Of a stretch of DNA of 46,713 nucleotides, positions 28,364-37,204 are shown one piece after another. The DNA is from Desulfobacteraceae bacterium (GTDB taxonomy: Bacteria > Desulfobacterota > DSM-4660 > Desulfatiglandales > Desulfatiglandaceae), in assembly GCA_041685955.1 (NCBI GenBank), contig JAWLET010000002.1:1-46713 (forward strand), given 5' to 3'. The position numbers and the translations under genes are program-made. Every line of letters starts with the position of its first letter. Positions within the stretch are counted from its first letter, which is position 1. The notes under the pieces are model-generated. The model was given only the letters and a program-made list of their open reading frames with translations. It made no database searches and had not been told where the DNA came from.

Positions 28364-30252
28364 ACGAAGTTGACACCATGTATAATCTGCTGGCACAAAT
28401 CGACAGCCCGGAGGACCTCAAGGGCTTTTCCATGGAGGATCTCCAGAATCTGGCCGTTGAAATCCGTGAAAAAATTATTGAAACAACTTCCCGGACCGGC
28501 GGCCATCTGGCCCCCAGTCTGGGAGCTGTGGAATTGGCCATTGCTCTGCATTTCGTATTCAAGGCCCCTGAGGACAAGATTATATGGGACGTGGGACACC
28601 AGGCCTATGCCCACAAATTAATCACCGGTCGCAGGGACCGCTTCCATACCCTACGAACCTACGGAGGGATCAGCGGGTTTCCCAAACGTTCAGAGAGTCC
28701 CTACGACACCTTTGATACCGGGCACAGCAGCACCTCTATTTCGGCCGGGCTCGGCATCTCCACTGCCAAGGCGTTGAAAGGAGAAAAGGGGAAGGTGATC
28801 TCTGTGATCGGGGATGGTTCCATGACCGCGGGCATGGCCTTTGAAGGGTTCAATCAGGCCGGGTATATGGAAAAGGATCTCATCGTGGTGTTAAACGACA
28901 ATGCCATGTCCATCGCCCCCAATGTGGGGGCACTCTCCTCTTTCATCAGTCGAAAGATGACCGGCAAACGGTTTGTGAATCTCAAAAGAGATCTGGAAAA
29001 CTTCATTAAAACCTTGCCCGGTGTGGGAGAGAACATCCTCAATTTGGTTCGTAAGAGCGAGGATTCCTTTGTCACCTTTTTCACCCCGGGAATGATGTTC
29101 GAGGCCTTTAAATTCAAGTATGTGGGCCCCATTGATGGGCATCGCCTGGATCAGCTCATAGAGACCTTTGAAAATATCAGTTACCTGGAAGGGCCGGTTC
29201 TGGTCCATGCCCTGACCGTAAAGGGAAAGGGGTATGAACCGGCTGAAGGAGACCCGGCCCACTTTCACGGGGTGGGAGCATTTGAGATCCCCACGGGTTC
29301 ACCCACAAAGGGCAAACCCAGACCCAAGCCTTCTTACACGGAAATATTCGGCAAGACCATGGTGGACCTCGCCGAGAGAGATGACCGGGTGTTCGCCATT
29401 ACCGCGGCCATGCCCGAGGGAACCGGATTGACCGAGTTTGCGCGGTTGTTCCCGGATCGGTTTTTGGATGTGGGGATTGCGGAACAGCATGCGGTTACCT
29501 TTGCCGCCGGTCTGGCCACAGAGGGATTTCGGCCTGTGGTGACCATTTATTCCACCTTTCTGCAACGGGCCTTTGACCAGCTTATTCATGATGTATGCCT
29601 GCCCAACCTGCCGGTGATTTTTGCCGTTGATCGGGGGGGGCTTGTGGGTGAGGATGGACCCACCCATCACGGCCACTTTGATATCACCTATCTTCGAAGC
29701 CTGCCCAACATGACCCTCATGGCGCCCAAAGACGAAAATGAGCTGAGGCAAATGCTCTACACCGCCCTTCAATATAAAGGCCCCGTCGCCTTTCGATACC
29801 CCAGGGGCAAGGGGCCGGGCGTATCCCTGGACCCGGAATACAGGGAAATTCCATTGGGCAAGGCCGAGATACTTCGGGAAGGAAAGGATCTGACCATCAT
29901 GGCCATCGGCAGTATGGTATACCCCTCCCTGAATGCAGCGGACCGTTTAGAGGCAGAGGGTCGCTCTGTGGGTGTGGTCAATTGCCGTTTTGCCAAACCC
30001 ATGGACCAGCGGCTGGGGGATCTGGCCCTCGTTTCAGGGCGGGTGCTGGTGGTGGAGGAAAACATCAGGCAGGGTGGATTCGGTTCAGCCATCCTGGAGC
30101 TTTTCAATGATTTGGGTCTGACAGACGTGCAGGTGAGACGAATCGGGTTACCCGACGAATTTATTGAACACGGCCCTCCGGATTTGCTGCGGGAAAAGTA
30201 TGGACTGGATAGTTCCGGTATTTTGAAAGCGGCCAGGGAATTCATGGCTTGA
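28360..30252 (+). CDS. dxs: 1-deoxy-D-xylulose-5-phosphate synthase
   Basis: 630 aa. The ATG overlaps the ispA stop (ATGA). Blocks [13 protein letters not shown] and [18 protein letters not shown] are present, in the classical xseB-ispA-dxs order. Confidence 0.96.
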   Translation: MNEVDTMYNLLAQIDSPEDLKGFSMEDLQNLAVEIREKIIETTSRTGGHLAPSLGAVELAIALHFVFKAPEDKIIWDVGHQAYAHKLITGRRDRFHTLRTYGGISGFPKRSESPYDTFDTGHSSTSISAGLGISTAKALKGEKGKVISVIGDGSMTAGMAFEGFNQAGYMEKDLIVVLNDNAMSIAPNVGALSSFISRKMTGKRFVNLKRDLENFIKTLPGVGENILNLVRKSEDSFVTFFTPGMMFEAFKFKYVGPIDGHRLDQLIETFENISYLEGPVLVHALTVKGKGYEPAEGDPAHFHGVGAFEIPTGSPTKGKPRPKPSYTEIFGKTMVDLAERDDRVFAITAAMPEGTGLTEFARLFPDRFLDVGIAEQHAVTFAAGLATEGFRPVVTIYSTFLQRAFDQLIHDVCLPNLPVIFAVDRGGLVGEDGPTHHGHFDITYLRSLPNMTLMAPKDENELRQMLYTALQYKGPVAFRYPRGKGPGVSLDPEYREIPLGKAEILREGKDLTIMAIGSMVYPSLNAADRLEAEGRSVGVVNCRFAKPMDQRLGDLALVSGRVLVVEENIRQGGFGSAILELFNDLGLTDVQVRRIGLPDEFIEHGPPDLLREKYGLDSSGILKAAREFMA

Positions 30253-30323
30253 CAATGATGAAGACGGATCAACTTGAGGCGCTTCCCCCTTCTATGTGGA
30301 CGTTTTCTTTCTGACAACGTAAA

Positions 30324-31070
30324 ATGAGCCCGAGAAAGAGACTGGATCGGATCCTGGTGGAACAGGGCCTTGTACAGAGTCGCGAAAAGGGTAAGGCCCT
30401 GATCATGGCCGGCCTGGTGGAAGTCAACGGCATACGGGTGGAAAAGGCGGGTCAGTCCATTCCCGTATGGGCAACAGTTACCGTAAAAAGTCCCCCCCCC
30501 TATGTGAGTCGGGGCGGTCGGAAACTTGAGGCGGCCCTCGGGCATTTCTCTTTGAATGTGACTTCCCGGGTGATGCTGGATGTGGGGGCCTCCACGGGCG
30601 GGTTTACGGATTGCCTCTTGCAGCACGGGGCCAAAAAAGTCATCGCAGTGGACGTGGGATACGGGCAGTTGGACTGGAGACTGCGACAGGACCCCCGGGT
30701 GCAGGTCCTGGAGAGAACCAATATCCGGCACCTTCAACCTCAGGATCTGGAAGAAATCCCCCACGGAGCGGTTGTCGATACCGCCTTCATCTCCCTCAAA
30801 CAGGTCATCCCCCGAGTCATGTCTCTTCTTCAAAGCCAGGCATTCATCGTTGCGCTCATAAAGCCGCAGTTCGAGGTGGGCAAAGGTCGGGTGGGAAAGG
30901 GCGGGGTGGTACGCGATCCGTTACTTCATCGAGAAGTCATTGACCGCTTGGCTTCCTTTTTCCAGACCCTGGGATGGGAGGTGGTGGGGTATATTCCTTC
31001 GCCGCTTCTGGGCCCCAAAGGAAATCGGGAATTTCTGATGTATGTAACAAGAGAAGACGACAAGATATAG
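30324..31070 (+). CDS. tlyA: TlyA-family rRNA (cytidine-2'-O)-methyltransferase
   Basis: 248 aa. An N-terminal S4-like region (RLDRILVEQGLVQSREKGKALI) is followed by an FtsJ-type SAM motif, DVGASTGGFTDCLL. Confidence 0.9.
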   Translation: MSPRKRLDRILVEQGLVQSREKGKALIMAGLVEVNGIRVEKAGQSIPVWATVTVKSPPPYVSRGGRKLEAALGHFSLNVTSRVMLDVGASTGGFTDCLLQHGAKKVIAVDVGYGQLDWRLRQDPRVQVLERTNIRHLQPQDLEEIPHGAVVDTAFISLKQVIPRVMSLLQSQAFIVALIKPQFEVGKGRVGKGGVVRDPLLHREVIDRLASFFQTLGWEVVGYIPSPLLGPKGNREFLMYVTREDDKI

Positions 31071-31138
31071 GAAACCGATACCCTCACGGAAGGTATCCCC
31101 CAACTAAAACGGGCACGAAACAGGAAAGGTGCGATCAC

Positions 31139-31912
31139 ATGGCCCTGAACCGTCTATTGAAAATAATGGAGGACATCGCCGCCGGGAACTATTCCAATGA
31201 TATTATGGACCTTACCCGGGAAGACCAGCCAGAGCCCATACGAAGCATTGCCGAGGCCATGGGGCTCATGATGGTGAAAGTGGAGGCCAGAGAATATCGT
31301 CTGGAACTTATGGTCAAGGAGCTGGAGGCACTGAACCGGGAGATCCAGAAAAATACCATCAACACGGTCTCCACCATGGCCCATGCCCTGGCGGCCCGCG
31401 ATGCCTACACCGAGGGGCATGCCGCCAGAGTCGGTGACCTGGCCGGCAGAATGGCTGAATACATGGGCCTTGAGGATAGAGAGGTAGACTATGTGCGTTT
31501 GGGAGGGATTCTACATGATATCGGTAAAATCGGATTCCCGGATGAACTCTTTGATGACCATGAAGTCAAGAATTCATCCGCCATGGTAAAACAGATTATG
31601 AAACACCCTGCCACGGGCGCTCATATCCTGAGCGACCTCGATTTCCTGGGGCCGGCCATTGATTATGTGCTCTGCCACCACGAACGGCCCGACGGCAAAG
31701 GCTATCCCCGTCACCTCCGGGACGGAGATATCCCGTTGGGCGCCAAAATCCTGGCCGTGGCCGATGGCTTTGACGCCATGACCACGGACAGACCCTACCA
31801 AAAAGGGAGAAGTCCCGAGACCGCCCTGGGAATACTCCGGACGCACGCCGGGTCCAAATGGGACAAAGCGTGCGTAGACGCCCTGGAGGCGATCCTGAAT
31901 GCCCCACCATAA
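31139..31912 (+). CDS. HD-GYP domain phosphodiesterase-like protein with a short coiled-coil/HAMP-like N-terminus
   Basis: The ATG at 31139 follows AGGAAAGG, giving 257 aa. Motifs ILHDIGKIGFPD and HHERPDGKGYP are present. No TM segment is seen. Confidence 0.85.
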   Translation: MALNRLLKIMEDIAAGNYSNDIMDLTREDQPEPIRSIAEAMGLMMVKVEAREYRLELMVKELEALNREIQKNTINTVSTMAHALAARDAYTEGHAARVGDLAGRMAEYMGLEDREVDYVRLGGILHDIGKIGFPDELFDDHEVKNSSAMVKQIMKHPATGAHILSDLDFLGPAIDYVLCHHERPDGKGYPRHLRDGDIPLGAKILAVADGFDAMTTDRPYQKGRSPETALGILRTHAGSKWDKACVDALEAILNAPP

Positions 31913-31950
31913 ACACTCAACCCGAACCGACTGGATGATGCGGGAACGAT

Positions 31951-32229
31951 CTACTGACCGCGGCGTTTCGATGCCTTTAGGGGATTTACCTTGCCGTTGT
32001 CCTTACCGGCGGTGGCTTGCAGATGGGTGGCCATATTGCAGTTCCCCACTTTCCACTTTGCAGCTGGATCGGGGAACGCCTGGCAGTATGTACCGGTGGG
32101 TAATGATAGGACCTTCTGGCACCCTTCACACTGTTCAACGATAATATGGCAGGTGCCGCCATTAAAATTACACCCCTTTTTGCTCATGAAAAAACATTCA
32201 TACCCTTTCTTAATGGTTTGACAAACCAT
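31951..32229 (-). CDS. Small cysteine-rich protein resembling the PxxKW family
   Basis: The ATG at 32229 lies three codons inside the GTG-initiated track ORF, giving 92 aa. There are eight Cys in the first 64 residues, including CEGC. A P-A-A-K-W motif is followed by VGNC, and the C-terminal tail is basic. Confidence 0.7.
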   Translation of the reverse strand: MVCQTIKKGYECFFMSKKGCNFNGGTCHIIVEQCEGCQKVLSLPTGTYCQAFPDPAAKWKVGNCNMATHLQATAGKDNGKVNPLKASKRRGQ

Positions 32230-32275
32230 TTTAATCACATCCTTTCTTTAAAAAGTTTAAAATTTTAAGCCAGGC

Positions 32276-32304
32276 TTTATGCCTGAGGCGTTTTGGGATG
32301 TCAA
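32276..32304 (-). promoter_or_regulatory. Candidate sigma70-type promoter for the Cys-rich protein gene
   Basis: On the minus strand: TTGACA (32304-32299), a 17-nt spacer, then CATAAA (32281-32276), ~45 nt upstream of the ATG at 32229. Confidence 0.4.
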
Positions 32305-32417
32305 GAAAAATAGACATGGTGTGTCCGGTTTCAAGGGAAAAACGACACAACGGGTCATTTTGGATTGTCATCCACCAAATCTGAGCGTCGATTCTGGAAA
32401 ATTATTTTGCGCCAGCC

Positions 32418-34217
32418 CTAAGTAAGGCGTAAGCCCAGTTCTTCAAGCTGCCGCTCGCTGACCGTTGAGGGCGCATCGGTCAGTGGACAGGTTCCGCGGG
32501 TGGTTTTGGGAAAGGCAATAATTTCCCGGATGGAGTCCACCCCGGTCATAATGGCCACCAGGCGGTCAAATCCCAGGGCCATGCCCCCATGGGGGGGCGC
32601 ACCGTAGCGCAGGGCCTCCAGCAGAAACCCGAACTTGGACTCAGCCTGCTCCAAAGGGATCCCCAGGGTCTTGAAAATCTTTTGCTGGGTGGCCAGGGTG
32701 TGAATTCGAATGCTTCCGCCCCCGATCTCAGAGCCGTTCAACACCAGGTCATAGGACCTGGCCCGGACCTGTTCGGGGTGTTGGTCCAGCAGGTGCAGGT
32801 CTTCCTGTAAAGGGGCGGTAAAGGGATGATGCACGGCCGCCAGCCGGCCCGCTTCATCATCGTATTCCAGCAACGGAAACCGGGTAATCCAGACAAAGGC
32901 GTATTGATCCTTTAAAACCAGGGCCTGCTCTTGGGCCACCTTCACCCGCAGGTTTCCCAGTGCCAGGTTGGCGATGTCCGGTCGGTCGGCCGCCATGAGC
33001 ACCAGGTCACCGGGTTGTGCATCCAGCCGTTGGTTGAGGGTCGACTGCGCTTCATCTGTGAAAAACTTGGCGAGGGAGGACTGCCAGCCTGTTTCCGTCC
33101 GTTTGATCCATGCCAGACCCTTTCCCCCTGCTGCCGTGACCATTTCAGAAAGTCCATCTAAGGCCTTTCGGGAATAGGCGGCCGCCCCGCCCTTAACCCG
33201 GATGGCCTTTACCACGCCGCCGGATTCGACGACCCCTTTGAACACCTTGAAATCCGAACCGCCGGCCAGGTCGGTGATGTCTTTCAGCTCCATTCCGAAC
33301 CTGAGATCAGGCCGGTCCGTGCCAAAGCGGGCCACGGCCTCATGGTACGTCAGGCGATGGATGGGAAGGGGAATCTCTATTCCCAGCAGGTCATGGAAGA
33401 GGGTCTGCATCATCCCTTCAAAAATCTCCATGATCCGGGTTTCATCCACAAAGGACATCTCCAGATCCACCTGGGTGAATTCCGGCTGCCGATCCGCCCT
33501 CAGGTCTTCGTCCCTGAAGCAGCGCACGATCTGGTAGTAGCGGTCGAAACCGGATATCATCAGCAACTGTTTGAACAGCTGCGGCGACTGGGGCAGGGCA
33601 TAAAACATCCCTCGGTTCAGCCGGCTGGGAACCAGATAATCCCGTGCCCCTTCGGGCGTGCTTTTGGTGAGAAAGGGGGTCTCCACATCCACAAATCCCT
33701 CCCGGTCCAGATATTGCCGGATGCAGGAGGCGATCCGATGACGTTTTTGGAGATTTTTGAAGGGTTCGGGTCTCCTTAATTCCAGGTACCGGTATTTCAT
33801 CCTCAGGGGTTCAGCGGCGTCCACTGCACCGTCCACCTGAAACGGCGGGGTCTCGGTCACATTCAGGATCTTGAGTTGGGTGGCCTTCAGCTCTATGTCG
33901 CCGGTGGGCAATCCTGGATTTTCCTGGCCTTCCAGGCGCGGCGCCACCGTTCCTTTTACCGCCAGGACCCATTCATTTCTCAGGACCCGGGCGCGTGCAT
34001 GGATCGCCTGTTGCTCCTGGGGGTCGAAAACCACCTGAGTGATTCCCTCCCGGTCCCGCAGGTCGATAAAGATCAGGTGCCCCAGGTCCCTGCGGTGGTT
34101 GACCCAGCCCATCAAAATGACCTCTTCCCCAATATGGCTGCGTCTCAACGCGCCGCAGTCATGGGTGCGGGCCCATCCTTCCAGTGCATCGATATTCACA
34201 TGAGCCTCGGTTGTCAT
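32418..34217 (-). CDS. aspS: Aspartate--tRNA ligase
   Basis: 599 aa with class II aaRS blocks (FRDEDLRADRQPEFTQVD, GGGSIRIH, GMALGFDR) and an N-terminal OB-fold region. Confidence 0.96.
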   Translation of the reverse strand: MTTEAHVNIDALEGWARTHDCGALRRSHIGEEVILMGWVNHRRDLGHLIFIDLRDREGITQVVFDPQEQQAIHARARVLRNEWVLAVKGTVAPRLEGQENPGLPTGDIELKATQLKILNVTETPPFQVDGAVDAAEPLRMKYRYLELRRPEPFKNLQKRHRIASCIRQYLDREGFVDVETPFLTKSTPEGARDYLVPSRLNRGMFYALPQSPQLFKQLLMISGFDRYYQIVRCFRDEDLRADRQPEFTQVDLEMSFVDETRIMEIFEGMMQTLFHDLLGIEIPLPIHRLTYHEAVARFGTDRPDLRFGMELKDITDLAGGSDFKVFKGVVESGGVVKAIRVKGGAAAYSRKALDGLSEMVTAAGGKGLAWIKRTETGWQSSLAKFFTDEAQSTLNQRLDAQPGDLVLMAADRPDIANLALGNLRVKVAQEQALVLKDQYAFVWITRFPLLEYDDEAGRLAAVHHPFTAPLQEDLHLLDQHPEQVRARSYDLVLNGSEIGGGSIRIHTLATQQKIFKTLGIPLEQAESKFGFLLEALRYGAPPHGGMALGFDRLVAIMTGVDSIREIIAFPKTTRGTCPLTDAPSTVSERQLEELGLRLT

Positions 34218-35473
34218 TTTAAGTGTTTCTGCGCCAAGGTGTGCACAAGCTGATCCAGATCCACTTTGATCTGTTCTTTGCTGACCATGTCTCTCAGGAC
34301 CCCCTCGCCGGCATTCAGTTCATCATCTCCTACGATCAGGACCTTTCCCGTATTCAGACGTCCGGCCTTTTTCATCTGGGATTTGAGTCCCTTTAGTCCA
34401 TAGTCTGTTTCCACCCAGAATCCCTGCTTTCTGAGGTCCTCCATCCATGTAAACGACGCCCGGTCCGCGCGTTGGCCCAGTGCAGCAATAAACAGATCCG
34501 GGCATTTAGGTTCCGGCCGTCCCGCCGCTTCCAGGAGGGCCACCACCCTTTCCATGCCCACGGCAAAACCGATGGCCGGATGATCGGGACCGCCCAGCAA
34601 TTTCACCAGACCGTCATATCGTCCCCCTCCGGCCACTGCGTTCTGAGCGCCCAGGTGCAGGGTCTGTATTTCAAATGTGGTCCGGTTATAGTAATCCAGG
34701 CCCCGGACGAGCTGGGGGTTCAGGACGAAAGGAACCCCGATTTGCGCCAGATAATCCTTTACCGCATCAAAGTGGGTCCGACACTCCTGGCAGAGGAATT
34801 CGAGGATGGACGGGGCATTACCGATGACCTCCTTACAGGAAGTCATCTTGCAGTCAAATACCCGTAACGGGTTGGTTCGGGTCCGCCTTCGGCAGTCCGG
34901 GCACAGGGAAGCGGTTTTGTCTGTCAGGTAGGCGTGAAGGGCTTCCCTGAACGGCGAACGGCATCGGGCACACCCCAGGGAATTGAGATGAAGCGAAACC
35001 TCATCCAACCCCATGGCCTCAAACAGACCCACGGCCATGAGGATGATTTCGGCATCACTCCTGGGTCCGGGGTCGGCAAAGAGCTCGGCATTGATCTGAT
35101 GGAACTGCCTGAACCGGCCCTTCTGGGGTCGTTCGTGCCGGAACATGGGACCTATGGAATAGAGCTTTTGTACAGGATAGTTTTCATAGAGCCTGTGCTG
35201 GATATAGGCCCTGACCACCGAGGCGGTGGCCTCGGGTCTCATGGTCATTCCCCGACCTTTTACATCCTGAAACGAATACATCTCCTTGGACACAATATCC
35301 GTGTCCTGACCGATGCCCCGGCTGAAGAGCTCAGTCCTTTCGAGGACAGGGGTCTTGATCTCCTGAAACCCGAAGACTTCAAATCGCCTTCTGGCCGCTG
35401 TTTCCAGGCGCTGCCATCCCCCCACCTCCTCGGGGAGGATATCCCTGAACCCCTTTAGGCTGCTGAACTCCAA
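34214..35473 (-). CDS. hisS: Histidine--tRNA ligase
   Basis: 419 aa from a TTG start at 35473 (MEFSSLKGFRDILPEE). Blocks MRPEATASVVRAY and FRHERPQKGRFRQFHQ are present. It overlaps the aspS start by 4 nt. Confidence 0.95.
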   Translation of the reverse strand: MEFSSLKGFRDILPEEVGGWQRLETAARRRFEVFGFQEIKTPVLERTELFSRGIGQDTDIVSKEMYSFQDVKGRGMTMRPEATASVVRAYIQHRLYENYPVQKLYSIGPMFRHERPQKGRFRQFHQINAELFADPGPRSDAEIILMAVGLFEAMGLDEVSLHLNSLGCARCRSPFREALHAYLTDKTASLCPDCRRRTRTNPLRVFDCKMTSCKEVIGNAPSILEFLCQECRTHFDAVKDYLAQIGVPFVLNPQLVRGLDYYNRTTFEIQTLHLGAQNAVAGGGRYDGLVKLLGGPDHPAIGFAVGMERVVALLEAAGRPEPKCPDLFIAALGQRADRASFTWMEDLRKQGFWVETDYGLKGLKSQMKKAGRLNTGKVLIVGDDELNAGEGVLRDMVSKEQIKVDLDQLVHTLAQKHLK

Positions 35474-35576
35474 TTGTGTTTCATCTCCCGGGTTTTGGTT
35501 TCAGGGCCTTCTATCAGAGGACTGCCCGGTTCGTCAACTGAATTTGGATGCAACATCAGCATCTGGTCCGCTTTGA

Positions 35577-35593
35577 AGTGGGAAAAGCCCACT
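35577..35593 (-). terminator. Short hairpin just after the small ORF stop (weak terminator candidate)
   Basis: AGTGGG (35577-35582) / CCCACT (35588-35593) with a 5-nt loop, 3 nt downstream of the TAG at 35596-35598. There is no clear U-tract. Confidence 0.25.
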
Positions 35594-35595
35594 CC

Positions 35596-35832
35596 CTATT
35601 CCACCTGGACCCGGGTTGCCTTTTTTTTGTGAGCGGCGGCGCTTTTTTTCTCTATGTCCTCGATCCTGTCATCCACCAGGGATCGGATCCCCTTGAGGAA
35701 TTCCACCCGTGATTTTCGCAACTGCTCAAAAAACGTAGAGTCTCTTTCCGGAATCTTTTCAAGCCTGGCAAAAAGTCTGCCTATGGGGCAGAGGGCCATT
35801 TGCTCTTTGGTTTCATTCTTTGTTTGGGTCAT
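35596..35832 (-). CDS. Small hypothetical protein (78 aa) apparently translationally coupled to the ArsA-like ATPase gene
   Basis: The ATG at 35832 is preceded by GGAGG at 5-nt spacing. The start lies 20 nt inside the 3' end of the upstream gene. The protein is helical and charged with a basic tail (MTQTKNETKEQMALCPIGRLF...AAAHKKKATRVQVE). Confidence 0.6.
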   Translation of the reverse strand: MTQTKNETKEQMALCPIGRLFARLEKIPERDSTFFEQLRKSRVEFLKGIRSLVDDRIEDIEKKSAAAHKKKATRVQVE

Positions 35833-37018
35833 GATTCCCTCCTTCAAATTGAATAAAGAGTTGATTTCCTTCCAGCCTGGCCCTGACCGAATCGAGGCCG
35901 GCCACGGGCCGGGGAAGCAGGATGTGCCTTTTGAAATTGGCTACCCGGACAACGAGTTCATCACCGATCTTGTTTAACTCCACATCTTCCTTCCGGGCAA
36001 AGGGGAGCATCAGCCTGAGTTCGTAATTTTCATCAGATTTGGATAGTTGATAGGCCTCACCCTCATAAAACCGCTTAAGAGGGTCTTTCCGTCCATAGAT
36101 CTGCTTGGCCAGGACCTGGAGGGATTCGATCCCCAGCACCTCGCCCTGGAACAGATCTGCCGGAAAGATCGGCACCGGGCTGAAATACTCGCGAGCCTTA
36201 TCCATATACTGACGCTGTGAATTTCGCCAGTTTTTGAAATAGGCATCATTTACGTGTTCCGGCAGGACGCGGTTCATGATGACGGCATCAATGCTCATTT
36301 TATAGAGGGAGAAATACATAAAGGCCCGTTGGGTCTCCTTTAAAACGATTTTTTCAGGATTGGTGATGAGCCGTACGGTGGTGATTTTCGGATCGATCAG
36401 GATTTCATCCACCCCTTTCAACCGCTCGAACAGATGCTCGATGGCGTCGAAATAGTCTTCCCCGGGAAGGGGCACGTCATACAATTTCCTGGCCACCGGC
36501 CGGGCATACCTGGCAATGGTCCGTTCCATCTTGAATATCTTCTTTATGTACCACTCCAGGGTGGTGGGAATGCTGATGAACCTGAGCGATTCCCCTGTAG
36601 GGGCACAATCCAGCAGCAGGACATCAAACTTCCGGGTTTGAACATAGCGGTTGATATATAAGAGCAGGCTGACCTCCTCCATGCCCGGGAGGATGGCCAG
36701 TTCCTCAGCCAGGATCTCGTCCAGACCCGTGGTACTGAGCAGGGTGGAAAAATATTTATGGACATCCCCCCAGTTCTTTTGGATCTCTTCCTGGATATCC
36801 AGTTCCTGAATCCACAGATTTTCCTTTACCTCAACCAGCTTTCCCTTTCGTTTGCCGATCAGGTCCCTGTCCATGTCAAAGATATCCGCCAGGCTGTGGG
36901 CCACATCCAGGGACATGATGGCGGTCCGGTTTCCGGCTTCTGCCGCCCTGACTCCGGTGGCGGCAGCCACACTGGTTTTTCCCACCCCTCCTTTGCCTGC
37001 GAAGAATATAATTCTCAT
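35813..37018 (-). CDS. ArsA/Get3-family ATPase with a C-terminal HSP20-like (ArsA_HSP20) domain
   Basis: 401 aa. Deviant Walker A GKGGVGKTS, then SLDVAHSL and DCAPTGESLRF. The C-terminal beta-rich segment is YELRLMLPFARKEDVELNKIGDELVVRV. Confidence 0.9.
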   Translation of the reverse strand: MRIIFFAGKGGVGKTSVAAATGVRAAEAGNRTAIMSLDVAHSLADIFDMDRDLIGKRKGKLVEVKENLWIQELDIQEEIQKNWGDVHKYFSTLLSTTGLDEILAEELAILPGMEEVSLLLYINRYVQTRKFDVLLLDCAPTGESLRFISIPTTLEWYIKKIFKMERTIARYARPVARKLYDVPLPGEDYFDAIEHLFERLKGVDEILIDPKITTVRLITNPEKIVLKETQRAFMYFSLYKMSIDAVIMNRVLPEHVNDAYFKNWRNSQRQYMDKAREYFSPVPIFPADLFQGEVLGIESLQVLAKQIYGRKDPLKRFYEGEAYQLSKSDENYELRLMLPFARKEDVELNKIGDELVVRVANFKRHILLPRPVAGLDSVRARLEGNQLFIQFEGGNHDPNKE

Positions 37019-37031
37019 GTCATATAAATCC

Positions 37032-37048
37032 TTATCTTCATAAGATAA
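37032..37048. repeat. Perfect 7-bp inverted repeat abutting the ArsA-like gene ribosome-binding site
   Basis: TTATCTT (37032-37038), cat, then AAGATAA (37042-37048), 14 nt upstream of the ATG at 37018. The AAGGA Shine-Dalgarno candidate partly overlaps the proximal (37032-37038) arm. Confidence 0.4.
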
Positions 37049-37204
37049 TGCAGAAATACCATTTATCCACCTGTAATCTGAATTTTATCATGCCGGAGGG
37101 CGGATTAAAAAGCAGCGTGGAACAGACTGAATGGGAAAAATCCTACCCAAAGCCGCCGAGTCCCCGAAGGAAAGTTCCAGTCCCATTAAGGTCTGCAGGC
37201 CCTG

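Noticed and set aside
29769-30833. 354-aa minus-strand ORF spanning the dxs/tlyA junction
   Set aside because: It overlaps two confidently assigned plus-strand genes, and its sequence is Pro/Gly/Arg-rich and unstructured-looking.
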